From the NCBI GenBank assembly GCA_963783375.1, contig CAWANH010000028.1:320001-384000 (forward strand): a DNA stretch of 64,000 bases, written 5' to 3'. Source of the stretch: Candidatus Eiseniibacteriota bacterium (GTDB lineage: Bacteria; Eisenbacteria; RBG-16-71-46; JABDJR01). The translations under genes were made by a program, and so were the position numbers. Shown one piece after another: positions 10,107 through 18,672 of the stretch; the stretch's first letter is position 1, and each line of letters starts with the position of its first letter. The notes under the pieces were generated by a model, which made no database searches, had not been told where the DNA came from, and worked only from the letters and a program-made list of their open reading frames with translations.

Positions 10107-10494
10107 GGCGGGTCTCCTGCATCAGCTGGCCACGGCCCCGGTTCCAGTCCAGGGCGCCCATCCGCCAGACGTAGATGTACCCGACCAGGAGGAAACCCAG
10201 GAAGACCAGCATCTCCAGGAAGAAGAAAAGAGCCTGGGTCCTGAAGATCACCGCCCATGGAAAGAGAAAGACGGTCTCCAGATCGAAAACGATGAACAGC
10301 ATGGCCACCACGTAGAACCGGACGCTGAATCGCTCCCGGGCGTCCCCCACCGGAGGCATTCCACACTCGTAGGGACTGTCCTTGGACGCGTCGGGCTTGG
10401 TGGGGGCCAGAAGCCACGCGATGATGAGGGCCACGGCGGCGAACCCCCCGGCAATCACCATCATGATGAGGATGGGAATGTAGGCTTGTAGCAT
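10096..10494 (-). CDS. nuoA: NADH-quinone oxidoreductase subunit A
   Basis: KDSPYECG and FYVVAMLFIVFDLETVFLFPWA. Confidence 0.96.
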   Translation of the reverse strand: MLQAYIPILIMMVIAGGFAAVALIIAWLLAPTKPDASKDSPYECGMPPVGDARERFSVRFYVVAMLFIVFDLETVFLFPWAVIFRTQALFFFLEMLVFLGFLLVGYIYVWRMGALDWNRGRGQLMQETRREA

Positions 10495-10565
10495 GGCGCG
10501 GTCCTTGGAGACACCCCCCGCCCGATGGGTCCCGGGGCGCGGGTAACTCGCTGTGACAGACTCGC

Positions 10566-10583
10566 TTGTGAAACTTTGCACAA
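10566..10583. promoter_or_regulatory. Rex (NADH/NAD+ sensor) operator-like site upstream of the nuo operon
   Basis: TTGTGAA-ACTT-TGCACAA has one mismatch to the Rex consensus TTGTGAA-N4-TTCACAA; the palindrome extends to tcgcTTGTG...CACAAgcga. Confidence 0.75.
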
Positions 10584-10844
10584 GCGATGGAGGAGTCTAG
10601 GTCCATGACTTGGGAGTGTCAATCGGATTCTGGTTATCCATGTTCGCAATAACGGACGGGGCGCCCGCTGAAGACCGGATTCGCTTGGTTTTGTAAGGGT
10701 GTCCGACACTCGAGACAGCACCGCAATTGTGCGACTCAATCGATTTATTGTTTACAAACATGGCCTGAAATGCCATACTCCCGCAAGTATTCCGACACCA
10801 CGAGCGAGTCGCCCGCTTCCGGCATTGCATCTCAGGGAGGCCCC

Positions 10845-11459
10845 ATGCTTCGCACCATTGCTGCCAGTATCCTCGTGATCGTCTGCGCGCCGGCCCTGGC
10901 CACGCCGTCCTCCGCGTCGGATCTGATCCTACGCGCACGTTGCGCCGATCCCGCCGACTACACCGAGTCGGGCACGTGGATCGACTCCGACGCCAGCGCC
11001 ATGATCTCCGGCGGGCCGGGCTGCACCGTGGGATCCCGCTCTACGACCCAATCCGGCGCCTACGCCGAGTTCTCGCCTCACACGAACGAGCCGGGCGAGT
11101 ACATGGTCTACGTGTGCTGGGGAGCCTTCAACAAGACCGCGGGGACCAACAAGGGCCCCAACGCCGACAACGTCACCTTCTCCATCACCGACGAGAACGG
11201 CAGCCGGAGCGTGGTTCTGAACCAGCGCGGCGAGCACGGTTGCTCCAACCACAACGAAGACCAGTGGATTCAGATCGGGATCGGGACCTTCAAGCCGGAC
11301 GGCTCGGCCACGGTGCGGATGACCAACACCGCCACCGGCCAGTGCCATAACGGCGCCAACAAGCGCTATGCGAACATGGACGCGGTGGAACTGGTGTTCC
11401 TGACCCCGCTTCCCACCGAGCCCACCTCCTGGAGCCTCTTGAAGCAGCTCTATCGCTAG
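10845..11459 (+). CDS. Secreted protein with a golvesin/Xly CBD-like domain and a C-terminal SWxxLKxxY tail
   Basis: GGGAGG RBS; signal peptide MLRTIAASILVIVCAPALA; pattern GEYMVYVCW...VVLNQR...WIQIG..F...TVRMTN...DAVELV; ends PTEPTSWSLLKQLYR. Confidence 0.75.
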   Translation: MLRTIAASILVIVCAPALATPSSASDLILRARCADPADYTESGTWIDSDASAMISGGPGCTVGSRSTTQSGAYAEFSPHTNEPGEYMVYVCWGAFNKTAGTNKGPNADNVTFSITDENGSRSVVLNQRGEHGCSNHNEDQWIQIGIGTFKPDGSATVRMTNTATGQCHNGANKRYANMDAVELVFLTPLPTEPTSWSLLKQLYR

Positions 11460-11604
11460 TTCTCCCCCAGGAGACCCGGCCCAACCACGGTCGACCGAGA
11501 GGACCCCACCATCCGCGGGGGCCGGCCCCGATCCGGTGGCCGTTCCCCCACGCAGGTTCCTTCCCCGGGGGAGCGTCCCCGACCACCCCCCGCTCGGCTT
11601 CCCC

Positions 11605-12216
11605 CTACTTCCCAGGACCCCGGAAGGCGTCGAGATCTTCGGGGCGGTTCACGTTCCCGAGCCTCCACCCGGCGGCCCCACCCTCCACCGTTCCCCCGGT
11701 CTTCACCGTCCGGACCGAGGCCGCATCGAGGACGGCCATGAGGGCGGGGGCCGGACAGAGCCCCTCGATGTCCGCGGCCAGGGACCGGTGGTAGAGGCCG
11801 GGAAGAGGGTGACGGCGGCCCCCGGCCTCCTCGAAGCAGAACGCGCGGGGGCCTCCGCCGGCGGGAGGCGACCCGGCCCGTTCCAGAAGCGCCCGGAGGA
11901 GGGAGGCGTCCACCCCCGGCATGTCGGCGCCGAGCACCAGGGCCCAGGGCCGGGCCGAGGCGGCGAGCGCCGCCCGGAGCCCCCCGGCGGGGCCGCACCC
12001 CGCGTTCTCGGCCAACACGAAGGCCAGGGCATGGTCCCGGTAGGGAACGGGGTCGCGGGCCACCACGCGGGGGTTCAGGCCGAGGCCTCGGAGGGCGCGA
12101 AGGGCATGGGCGAGCAGGGGCCGCCCCCGATACGTCGCGAGCGCCTTGTTCGAGCCGAAGCGGGTGGAACCGCCTCCGGCCAGAACGAACCCCTCCAGCC
12201 ATTCCGAGATCATCAT
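11605..12216 (-). CDS. mobA: Molybdenum cofactor guanylyltransferase
   Basis: VLAGGGSTRFGSNKAL, GPAGGL, GADMP, HPLPGLY and NVNRPEDL. Confidence 0.88.
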   Translation of the reverse strand: MMISEWLEGFVLAGGGSTRFGSNKALATYRGRPLLAHALRALRGLGLNPRVVARDPVPYRDHALAFVLAENAGCGPAGGLRAALAASARPWALVLGADMPGVDASLLRALLERAGSPPAGGGPRAFCFEEAGGRRHPLPGLYHRSLAADIEGLCPAPALMAVLDAASVRTVKTGGTVEGGAAGWRLGNVNRPEDLDAFRGPGK

Positions 12217-12386
12217 GCTTCTCCCCGGGTGCGGGACGCCGTGCTCCCGCCGCCGCCGGCGGAGACCGGCCGCCGGGGCGCCCCGATGCGGCCGAGACCG
12301 CTGCCCGGCGGACTGGTAGACTACCAGCCCGTTGAATCACCGGGCCGCTCACGGGTGGTCCTGGCCCCGGGTGAGGAGGGTAGGCC

Positions 12387-14153
12387 GTGGCCGACGAGGA
12401 CCGCAAATCGGGAGAGCAGCCGTCACTCCCCTGGCGCATCCGACGGTCGTTGCAGCTCAGCCCGGGCCGGCTCCGGCGGCTGGATCGTTGGGCGGAGATC
12501 TCGGCCCTGGCGCTCCTGATCGCGCTGATCCTTCGACAGGGATACCAGCTCCACGCGCTGGCCCACACGCCGGTGGCCCTGGGGATGGGAAGCCTCCTTC
12601 TCCTCCTGGTGGGCGCGCGGGTGATCCTCGACGCCGTCGCCTCGGTCCGGGCCTCCCACCTCCTGAAGATTCACGGGCCGGACCTCGCCATCTTCGCCCT
12701 GCTTCTCCTCCCCCGGGTCGGAATCCGGGCCGTCGCGTTCCTCCTGGCCCTCAGGGTGCTGTTCCGGGCGGGTTCGCGCATGCTCACCTCCCCCGCGGGC
12801 CGGAACCTGGTGGTGGGAGTCCAGCGGCACCCGGCGCGCATCATCGCCTACACCTTCCTGGCCCTCATCGCGGGGGGGACGCTGTTCCTGACCTTTCCCG
12901 GGGCCAGCGCGGGTCCGGGCAACGCGCCGGTCCTGACCGCGCTCTTCACCTCGACCTCGGCGGTGTGCGTGACCGGGCTCATCGTGGTGGACACCCCCTC
13001 CTATTGGTCCTCGTTCGGGCAGTGGGTGATCCTGGTCCTCATGCAGGTGGGGGGACTGGGGATCATGACCTTGAGCGCCTCCGCCGCCCTCGCCCTGGGA
13101 CGGGCCCTGGGCGCGGGCTCCCGGGGCTTCCTGGAGGAGGTCCTGGAGGAAACCGCCAAGCGGGACGTCACGCGCCTCCTCCAGTTCATCGTGGGCTTCA
13201 CCATCGCCACCGAGGCGGCGGGAACGGTGATTCTCGGGCTCTACTGGAGCCGCGTCATGCCCTCGTCCGAGGCCTGGTTCAACGCGGTCTTTCACGCGGT
13301 ATCGGCCTTCTGCAACGCCGGCTTCTCCACCTTCTCCACCAGCCTCGAGCGATGGGTCGGAGACCCGGTGGTGAACATCGTGATCGCGCTCCTCATCATC
13401 GTGGGGGGAATCGGGTTCACGGTGGCGGGAAGCCTCTGGGGACTCTTCCGGCGGCCGCTCCACCCGGTGCTCTGGTGGCGCCACGAGCAGACCCACACCC
13501 GTCTCGTTCTCACCACCACCGCGGTCCTGATCGCGGTCGGGACCATGGCCTTCTTCTACTTCGACTACGAGGCCTCCCTGGCCGGACTCCCGATCGGAAA
13601 GAAGCTCCTGGGCGCCTTCTTCCAATCGGTGACCGCGCGCACCGCCGGCTTCGACACCGTCCCCATGAGTGCGGTGGCCCCGGTCACCGCCTCGGTGCTG
13701 ATGGTGCTGATGTTCATCGGCGGGTCCCCGGGCGGAACCGCGGGAGGGATCAAGACCACCACCATCGCCATCCTGGCCCTCACCTTCCGGAGTCTGAGCC
13801 GGGGGCGCCGGGACGTGGAGGTGTTCTCGCGACGGGTGCCCGACGAGACCCTGCTGAAGGCCATCGCGGTCACCCTCCTCGGCGGGGCGCTCCTGGCGGT
13901 GTGCTTCATGCTGCTCCTGGTGGTCCAGCCGGGGCAGAACTACCTGGACGTGATGTTCGAGGCGGTCTCCGCCTTCGGCACCGTCGGGCTCTCCCGGGGG
14001 GTGACCTCGGCGTTGACACCCCCGGGGAGGCTCCTCATCATCCTCCTCATGTTCGTGGGGCGTACCGGCCCCCTGACCCTCGCCTTCGCGGTGGGGAAGA
14101 GCGCGACGCGCACCTATTACCGCTACCCCGAGTCCAGGATCCTGGTGGGGTAG
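12387..14153 (+). CDS. ktrB: Trk/Ktr potassium uptake membrane subunit with extra N-terminal helices
   Basis: Pore loops TSAVCVTGL, SAFCNAGF, TARTAGF and SAFGTVGLS; FIGGSPGGTAGGIKTTT. Confidence 0.92.
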   Translation: MADEDRKSGEQPSLPWRIRRSLQLSPGRLRRLDRWAEISALALLIALILRQGYQLHALAHTPVALGMGSLLLLLVGARVILDAVASVRASHLLKIHGPDLAIFALLLLPRVGIRAVAFLLALRVLFRAGSRMLTSPAGRNLVVGVQRHPARIIAYTFLALIAGGTLFLTFPGASAGPGNAPVLTALFTSTSAVCVTGLIVVDTPSYWSSFGQWVILVLMQVGGLGIMTLSASAALALGRALGAGSRGFLEEVLEETAKRDVTRLLQFIVGFTIATEAAGTVILGLYWSRVMPSSEAWFNAVFHAVSAFCNAGFSTFSTSLERWVGDPVVNIVIALLIIVGGIGFTVAGSLWGLFRRPLHPVLWWRHEQTHTRLVLTTTAVLIAVGTMAFFYFDYEASLAGLPIGKKLLGAFFQSVTARTAGFDTVPMSAVAPVTASVLMVLMFIGGSPGGTAGGIKTTTIAILALTFRSLSRGRRDVEVFSRRVPDETLLKAIAVTLLGGALLAVCFMLLLVVQPGQNYLDVMFEAVSAFGTVGLSRGVTSALTPPGRLLIILLMFVGRTGPLTLAFAVGKSATRTYYRYPESRILVG

Positions 14154-14247
14154 GAGAAGGGCGGCTCGAGCCGGCGTTTCGGGCGCGATCGGACGACCCC
14201 GGTACAGGTCGGTCGCGGCGCCCCGGCCGGACGTTCGCCTCACCGTC

Positions 14248-14943
14248 ATGGAACGATACGTCGTCATCGGATTGGGAGCGTTCGGCGGGCCGGTGGCCCG
14301 GCGCCTGGCCGAACGGGGCCAGGACGTGCTGGCCATCGACCGCAACGGACGGTTCGTGGACGAGATCAAGGACGATGTGGCCCGCGCGGTGGTGGCCGAC
14401 GCCACCGACCGGGACACCCTGGAAGCCCTGGGAGTGACCGAGTTCACCACCGGGGTGGTGGCCATCGGCGAGCATCGCGAGGCCAACATCCTGGTTTCGG
14501 CCCTCCTCCGCGAGCTGGGGATCCCCCGCATCGTGGCCCGCGCCACGAGCCCGCTCCACGCGCGCATTCTCACCGCGGTGGGGGTGCACAAGGTGGTCTC
14601 CCCCGAAGAGGACTACGGGGTGCAGCTGGCCGACAACCTGGTCTCGACCTTCGCGCTCGAGCGGTTTCCCCTGGCCGAGGGGATCCTGGTGGCCGAGGTC
14701 GCCACCCATCCCAACATGCGGGGAAAGACCCTCCGGGAGCTGAATCTCCGGGAGCGGTTCGGGGTGAACGTGGTGGCCATCCAGCACAAGCGCAAGTCGG
14801 TGGACGACGAGGGGCACATCCACGAGGTGGTGGACGTGGCCAGCTTCCCCGAGCCCGACCAGGCGCTGGACGAAGGCGACGTGCTGGTGGTGATCGGTTC
14901 CGAAGAAGCTCTGGACGCCCTCGGGCGGGAGTTCACCCAGTAG
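14248..14943 (+). CDS. ktrA: Trk/Ktr regulatory RCK subunit
   Basis: VIGLGAFG Rossmann motif and a C-terminal RCK_C domain (GKTLRELNLRERFGVNVVAI); adjacent to ktrB. Confidence 0.92.
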   Translation: MERYVVIGLGAFGGPVARRLAERGQDVLAIDRNGRFVDEIKDDVARAVVADATDRDTLEALGVTEFTTGVVAIGEHREANILVSALLRELGIPRIVARATSPLHARILTAVGVHKVVSPEEDYGVQLADNLVSTFALERFPLAEGILVAEVATHPNMRGKTLRELNLRERFGVNVVAIQHKRKSVDDEGHIHEVVDVASFPEPDQALDEGDVLVVIGSEEALDALGREFTQ

Positions 14944-14946
14944 GCC

Positions 14947-16320
14947 ATGTCGCGACGCCCGGGAACGCTCTGGCAGGACCGCGTGCTCCAGCGGCGACGG
15001 ATGTTCACCATCCGGGCCAAGCTGATGTGGACGCTCACCATCCTGGTCGTCCTGTCCCTGGTGCCGGTGGCCGGGTCGCTGCTCGCGATCCACCGCGCCC
15101 GAACCGAGATCGCCGGGATCCTCCGCACCGCCATCGATCCCTCCCTGCTGGTGGATGACGTCCAGTTGGCGATGGCCCAGTCCCGCCTGGCCCGCTTCGA
15201 CTACCTCTTCACCGGCGAGTCCATCCGGGGTCAGGACGCGGTGGCGGCGGCTTCGTTCGTCCGTTTCCTGATCGAAGGCGGGAGGAACCTCTGGCCGTAT
15301 TCCCCACGGGAGATGGAGGATCTTCAGAAGCTGGCCGCCCGTTACGAGACGGCCACCCGGGACCTGGTGGCCGAGGTCCCCGGCCCTCCCCCACGCCTGA
15401 AGCTCACCACGCCCCGGGACGCCGAGGCCGCGCGCCAACGGTTCCTGGTCCTGCGCGACGAGGCGGCCAAGGCCCCCACCGTCGCCGAACGCGAGCGCGT
15501 CCTTCGCCGGGCCCGCCAGGCCCTGTTGGACCTGGACGACGCGGTGACTTTCGAGCTCACCGGAAACGCGCGGGCCGATTCCCTGCTCCAGTCGGTCACC
15601 GTGGCCGAGAACGACCTGGAGAATCTCTTCCACGGGGTCTACGCCGAGGCCACCCGGAACCTCACCGCCGAGCGGCTCCAGGTCACCAAGGACCTATCCC
15701 TGGCCGTGCGCGATCTCTTCGCCATCATCGTGATCGCGCTCATCCTGGCCTTCGTGGTGGCGCTCACCGCCCCGCGCTGGATTCTCCGCCCCATCCGGAG
15801 GCTGACCGGCCTCATCCACTACGCCCGAACCGGCGCGATCGCCCACGACACCGGGCTCCCGGTCAGCAACGACGAGGTCGGCCGTCTCACCGTGTTCCTG
15901 GAGGAGCACCTCCGGCAGGACAAGGACGTGGAGACCGTGCGCCGCCAGATGCACCGGTCGTCGGTGCTCCGGCTCGAGGCGCTGCTGGAGTCCCAGGGGC
16001 TCCTGGCCGCGGGGGTGGCTCCGGGGGGACAGGTGGCGTTCATGGGGCGGCGGCTCAGGGAGGCGCTGGGGATCGGCGCCGAGACCTCGATGGCCTTCCC
16101 CCTGGAGCAGGTCTGGCCCGACGAGGCCCTCCAGACCGCGGTGCGCGATCTGCGCCACCTGAAGGAGTCCGAAGCGGAAGTGACGCTGACCGCGGAGCCG
16201 TTCGCCGGACGGCGGGCCACGTTGCTCCGCGCCCGGAGCGGCGACCCCGCCAACGCCGAGGTCATCGTGCTGGTGCCGCGGGAAGCGGCGGCGGGCCGGG
16301 CCGAGGGCCGCGCCGGCTAG
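14947..16320 (+). CDS. Two-TM membrane protein with a HAMP domain and no kinase or other output domain
   Basis: TM1, about 220-aa helical extracytoplasmic region, TM2, HAMP-like ILRPIRRLT...NDEVGRL and a PAS-like tail. Confidence 0.7.
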   Translation: MSRRPGTLWQDRVLQRRRMFTIRAKLMWTLTILVVLSLVPVAGSLLAIHRARTEIAGILRTAIDPSLLVDDVQLAMAQSRLARFDYLFTGESIRGQDAVAAASFVRFLIEGGRNLWPYSPREMEDLQKLAARYETATRDLVAEVPGPPPRLKLTTPRDAEAARQRFLVLRDEAAKAPTVAERERVLRRARQALLDLDDAVTFELTGNARADSLLQSVTVAENDLENLFHGVYAEATRNLTAERLQVTKDLSLAVRDLFAIIVIALILAFVVALTAPRWILRPIRRLTGLIHYARTGAIAHDTGLPVSNDEVGRLTVFLEEHLRQDKDVETVRRQMHRSSVLRLEALLESQGLLAAGVAPGGQVAFMGRRLREALGIGAETSMAFPLEQVWPDEALQTAVRDLRHLKESEAEVTLTAEPFAGRRATLLRARSGDPANAEVIVLVPREAAAGRAEGRAG

Positions 16321-16712
16321 TCCTTTACCCGCCGCCAGATCTCCCGGATGTGGAACTTCCGCCCGCCGGCCTCGAAATCGCCGCTGTGGTACCAGCGGTC
16401 CCCATCGAGCCGGTAGGAGAACACCAGGGATTGCCCGACCAGGGAGGCCATCGAGTGGTACTCGACGATCTCGATGTACTTCCCGTCCTCGACCCGGTAG
16501 GTCCCGCCGCCCGCCCAGACCGAGCCGCCGGGCGTGGGGCCGCCGAACGCGAAGTGATCCGCGTCCAGGATCTTGGTGGACGGGGACGCCGGCTTTTCGC
16601 CGCCGTTGTCAATGAGCACCCAGGTGCCCTGAAGCGCCTTCGAGGACCCACCGCACCCGGCTACCGGGAGCATCAGGACAAAGAGAAACAACAAAAGCGC
16701 GGAACGTCTCAT
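16317..16712 (-). CDS. Lipoprotein, lipocalin-like beta-barrel (DUF4488-like)
   Basis: Lipobox VAGC; LQGTWVL...GGGTYRV...YIEIVEY...EIWRRV. Confidence 0.65.
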   Translation of the reverse strand: MRRSALLLFLFVLMLPVAGCGGSSKALQGTWVLIDNGGEKPASPSTKILDADHFAFGGPTPGGSVWAGGGTYRVEDGKYIEIVEYHSMASLVGQSLVFSYRLDGDRWYHSGDFEAGGRKFHIREIWRRVKD

Positions 16713-16753
16713 CTGAATCCTCCGTCGATGGCGAGCACCCGTTCCGAACCGGC

Positions 16754-17212
16754 TCACGCGTAGGCCGAAGCGGTCCGCCGACGAGCGAACCGGGCTCCCA
16801 ACAGCGCTCCGAACGCGCCGATGAAGGGGTTCAAGAGGGTCAGCCATTGGGGGGTCTGGGCCTTCGTCATCGCCTGCATGTTCCCCACGTCGCCGGTGCG
16901 CGGCCCGACCGCCGGCGGCTCACCGAGCACGCCGGGAAGGGCCATGGCGATCCCCAGCACCAGGATCAGGACGGCCAGGACGAGGGGGGCGGCATCGCTT
17001 CGGGCCACGGCCGCGCATACCCACCCCCCCACGATCGCCGCGACCAGACTGACCAGGACCATGACCACCATCCAGAGCGGGCTAACGTCGTAGCTCCCGG
17101 GGAGAAACGAGCGCTCCGCCCCCATGGCCAGGTATGCCGCGGTGAATGCGACGAACACCCCCACGAACATGACCAAGTAGCCGAGTATCACCGCGCCGAT
17201 CGATCGCATCAT
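16754..17212 (-). CDS. Hypothetical membrane protein (about 4 TM)
   Basis: Hydrophobic ORF preceded by the RBS AAGGGGAGG. Confidence 0.7.
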   Translation of the reverse strand: MMRSIGAVILGYLVMFVGVFVAFTAAYLAMGAERSFLPGSYDVSPLWMVVMVLVSLVAAIVGGWVCAAVARSDAAPLVLAVLILVLGIAMALPGVLGEPPAVGPRTGDVGNMQAMTKAQTPQWLTLLNPFIGAFGALLGARFARRRTASAYA

Positions 17213-17427
17213 GCCGGACACCTCCCCTTTCGGAACCGGAGACAGCACTCTCTCACACCCCCCCCCACGGACGTCAACGAAATGGAATCATACACGATCC
17301 GGCGGGCGGCGGCAGGCGCGGGATTCACCCGGGCGGGACGAACGGCGTCGCGCGGTCACGCGTCCCGAGGGAGGAGCCGGGGAATTCACCGGGGCAGCCG
17401 GCCCGACCGCCGCGGCGCGTGGAGGAT

Positions 17428-18663
17428 CTACCGCCGCGTCTTCACCGACCGGGAGAGGATCTCCCGAAGCTCCGCCCCCACCCGGGCGGGGTCGGTGACC
17501 GGCGGAGAGCGGAAGGAGTCGAACCGGATGAAGAGCGCGGGGGACGGAGTCGCCGGAAGGGAAAGAGCGTGGATCCGGCTCGCGTCGGCGGAAGGGTCGA
17601 GGCCGAGCAGCACCTTTCGCGGTTCGAAGATGAAGAAGGCGGCCTGGCGGAGTGCGGTCGCGGCGGGATCGCGCGACGGACCCATCACCACCATCCGCAC
17701 CGGGGGCGTGTCCATGGCCAGAGCGGCCAGGGCCGCGGCCGGGGCGGCGACCGGGGACGCGAGGGCATCGTCCAGAACCGACTGGAGCGCCCGCCTCCCC
17801 CGTCCGGTGAGGAGCGGATCGCCGGTCAACTCCCCCATCCGCCATAGGGCCAGGGCCGCGCGCGCGTTCAGGAGCGGCTCCACCGAGGCGGGACGGTCCA
17901 CCCGGTCGGTGGCGGGAACCCGAAAGCGGGTGGTCTTTTCGTCCCAGAACCGGCGGATGAGTCCCCGGGCGAGTCCTGCCGCGTCCGCGCGCAACGACTC
18001 GGAGCCCGAGGCCTCGACGGCCGCCCCGCACAGCCGGACGGCCTCGGTGTAGTCCGAAAGCGAGGCCTCACTGGCCGCTCCCCCTCCGGGGAGCAGGGAC
18101 AGGCCGCCCGCCTCCCGCCGGGTGCGCGCCTCGAGGAAGCTCCCGGCGGCCCGGTACGCATTCGCCAGGGCCGCGGTGTCGCCGAGCGCCTGGGCTCGAA
18201 GGAAGAGGTCCTGAACGAACCCGGCATAGGTGTCGGTGGTGGCCCGCCCCGCCATCCGCATCAGCTCCTGCCGCGCCTCGAAGAGGTCCTCCCCTTCGGC
18301 CAGGGTCGGTCCTCCGGCCCGGGCAATGCGATAGAACTCCTGGGGTGAAGCCAGGCTCGGGTTCTCATCCCGCATCCGGCGGGCCAGGGCGAGCGCCCGA
18401 TCGAGGTCCGCCGGCTTCCGGCCCTCCGCGTAGACCCGGAGAAGGAGCTCCACCGCCTCGGGAGTCGGGGGGTACTCGGGCTGGGATCGCAGTGCGGCCA
18501 CCACCCCGGCGGCCGCCCTCTCGAGTCGATCGACCCGGGGAGGAACCAGGTCGGGATCGGGCCGGGGAGAGGCGCCGGCCGCCGTCCCCCCGATCAGCGC
18601 CAGAAAGACCAAGGCCGGAGCGAGGTATCTCGCTCCGGCCCCGGGCCCTCGACTCACTTCCAA
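17428..18663 (-). CDS. Exported alpha/alpha-toroid protein resembling the YyaL C-terminal region
   Basis: Signal peptide; LSDY...A..L...FWDEK..RF and NARAALALWRMGELTGD patterns; follows tlpA after 9 bp. Confidence 0.55.
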   Translation of the reverse strand: MEVSRGPGAGARYLAPALVFLALIGGTAAGASPRPDPDLVPPRVDRLERAAAGVVAALRSQPEYPPTPEAVELLLRVYAEGRKPADLDRALALARRMRDENPSLASPQEFYRIARAGGPTLAEGEDLFEARQELMRMAGRATTDTYAGFVQDLFLRAQALGDTAALANAYRAAGSFLEARTRREAGGLSLLPGGGAASEASLSDYTEAVRLCGAAVEASGSESLRADAAGLARGLIRRFWDEKTTRFRVPATDRVDRPASVEPLLNARAALALWRMGELTGDPLLTGRGRRALQSVLDDALASPVAAPAAALAALAMDTPPVRMVVMGPSRDPAATALRQAAFFIFEPRKVLLGLDPSADASRIHALSLPATPSPALFIRFDSFRSPPVTDPARVGAELREILSRSVKTRR

Positions 18664-18672
18664 CCCGCTCCG

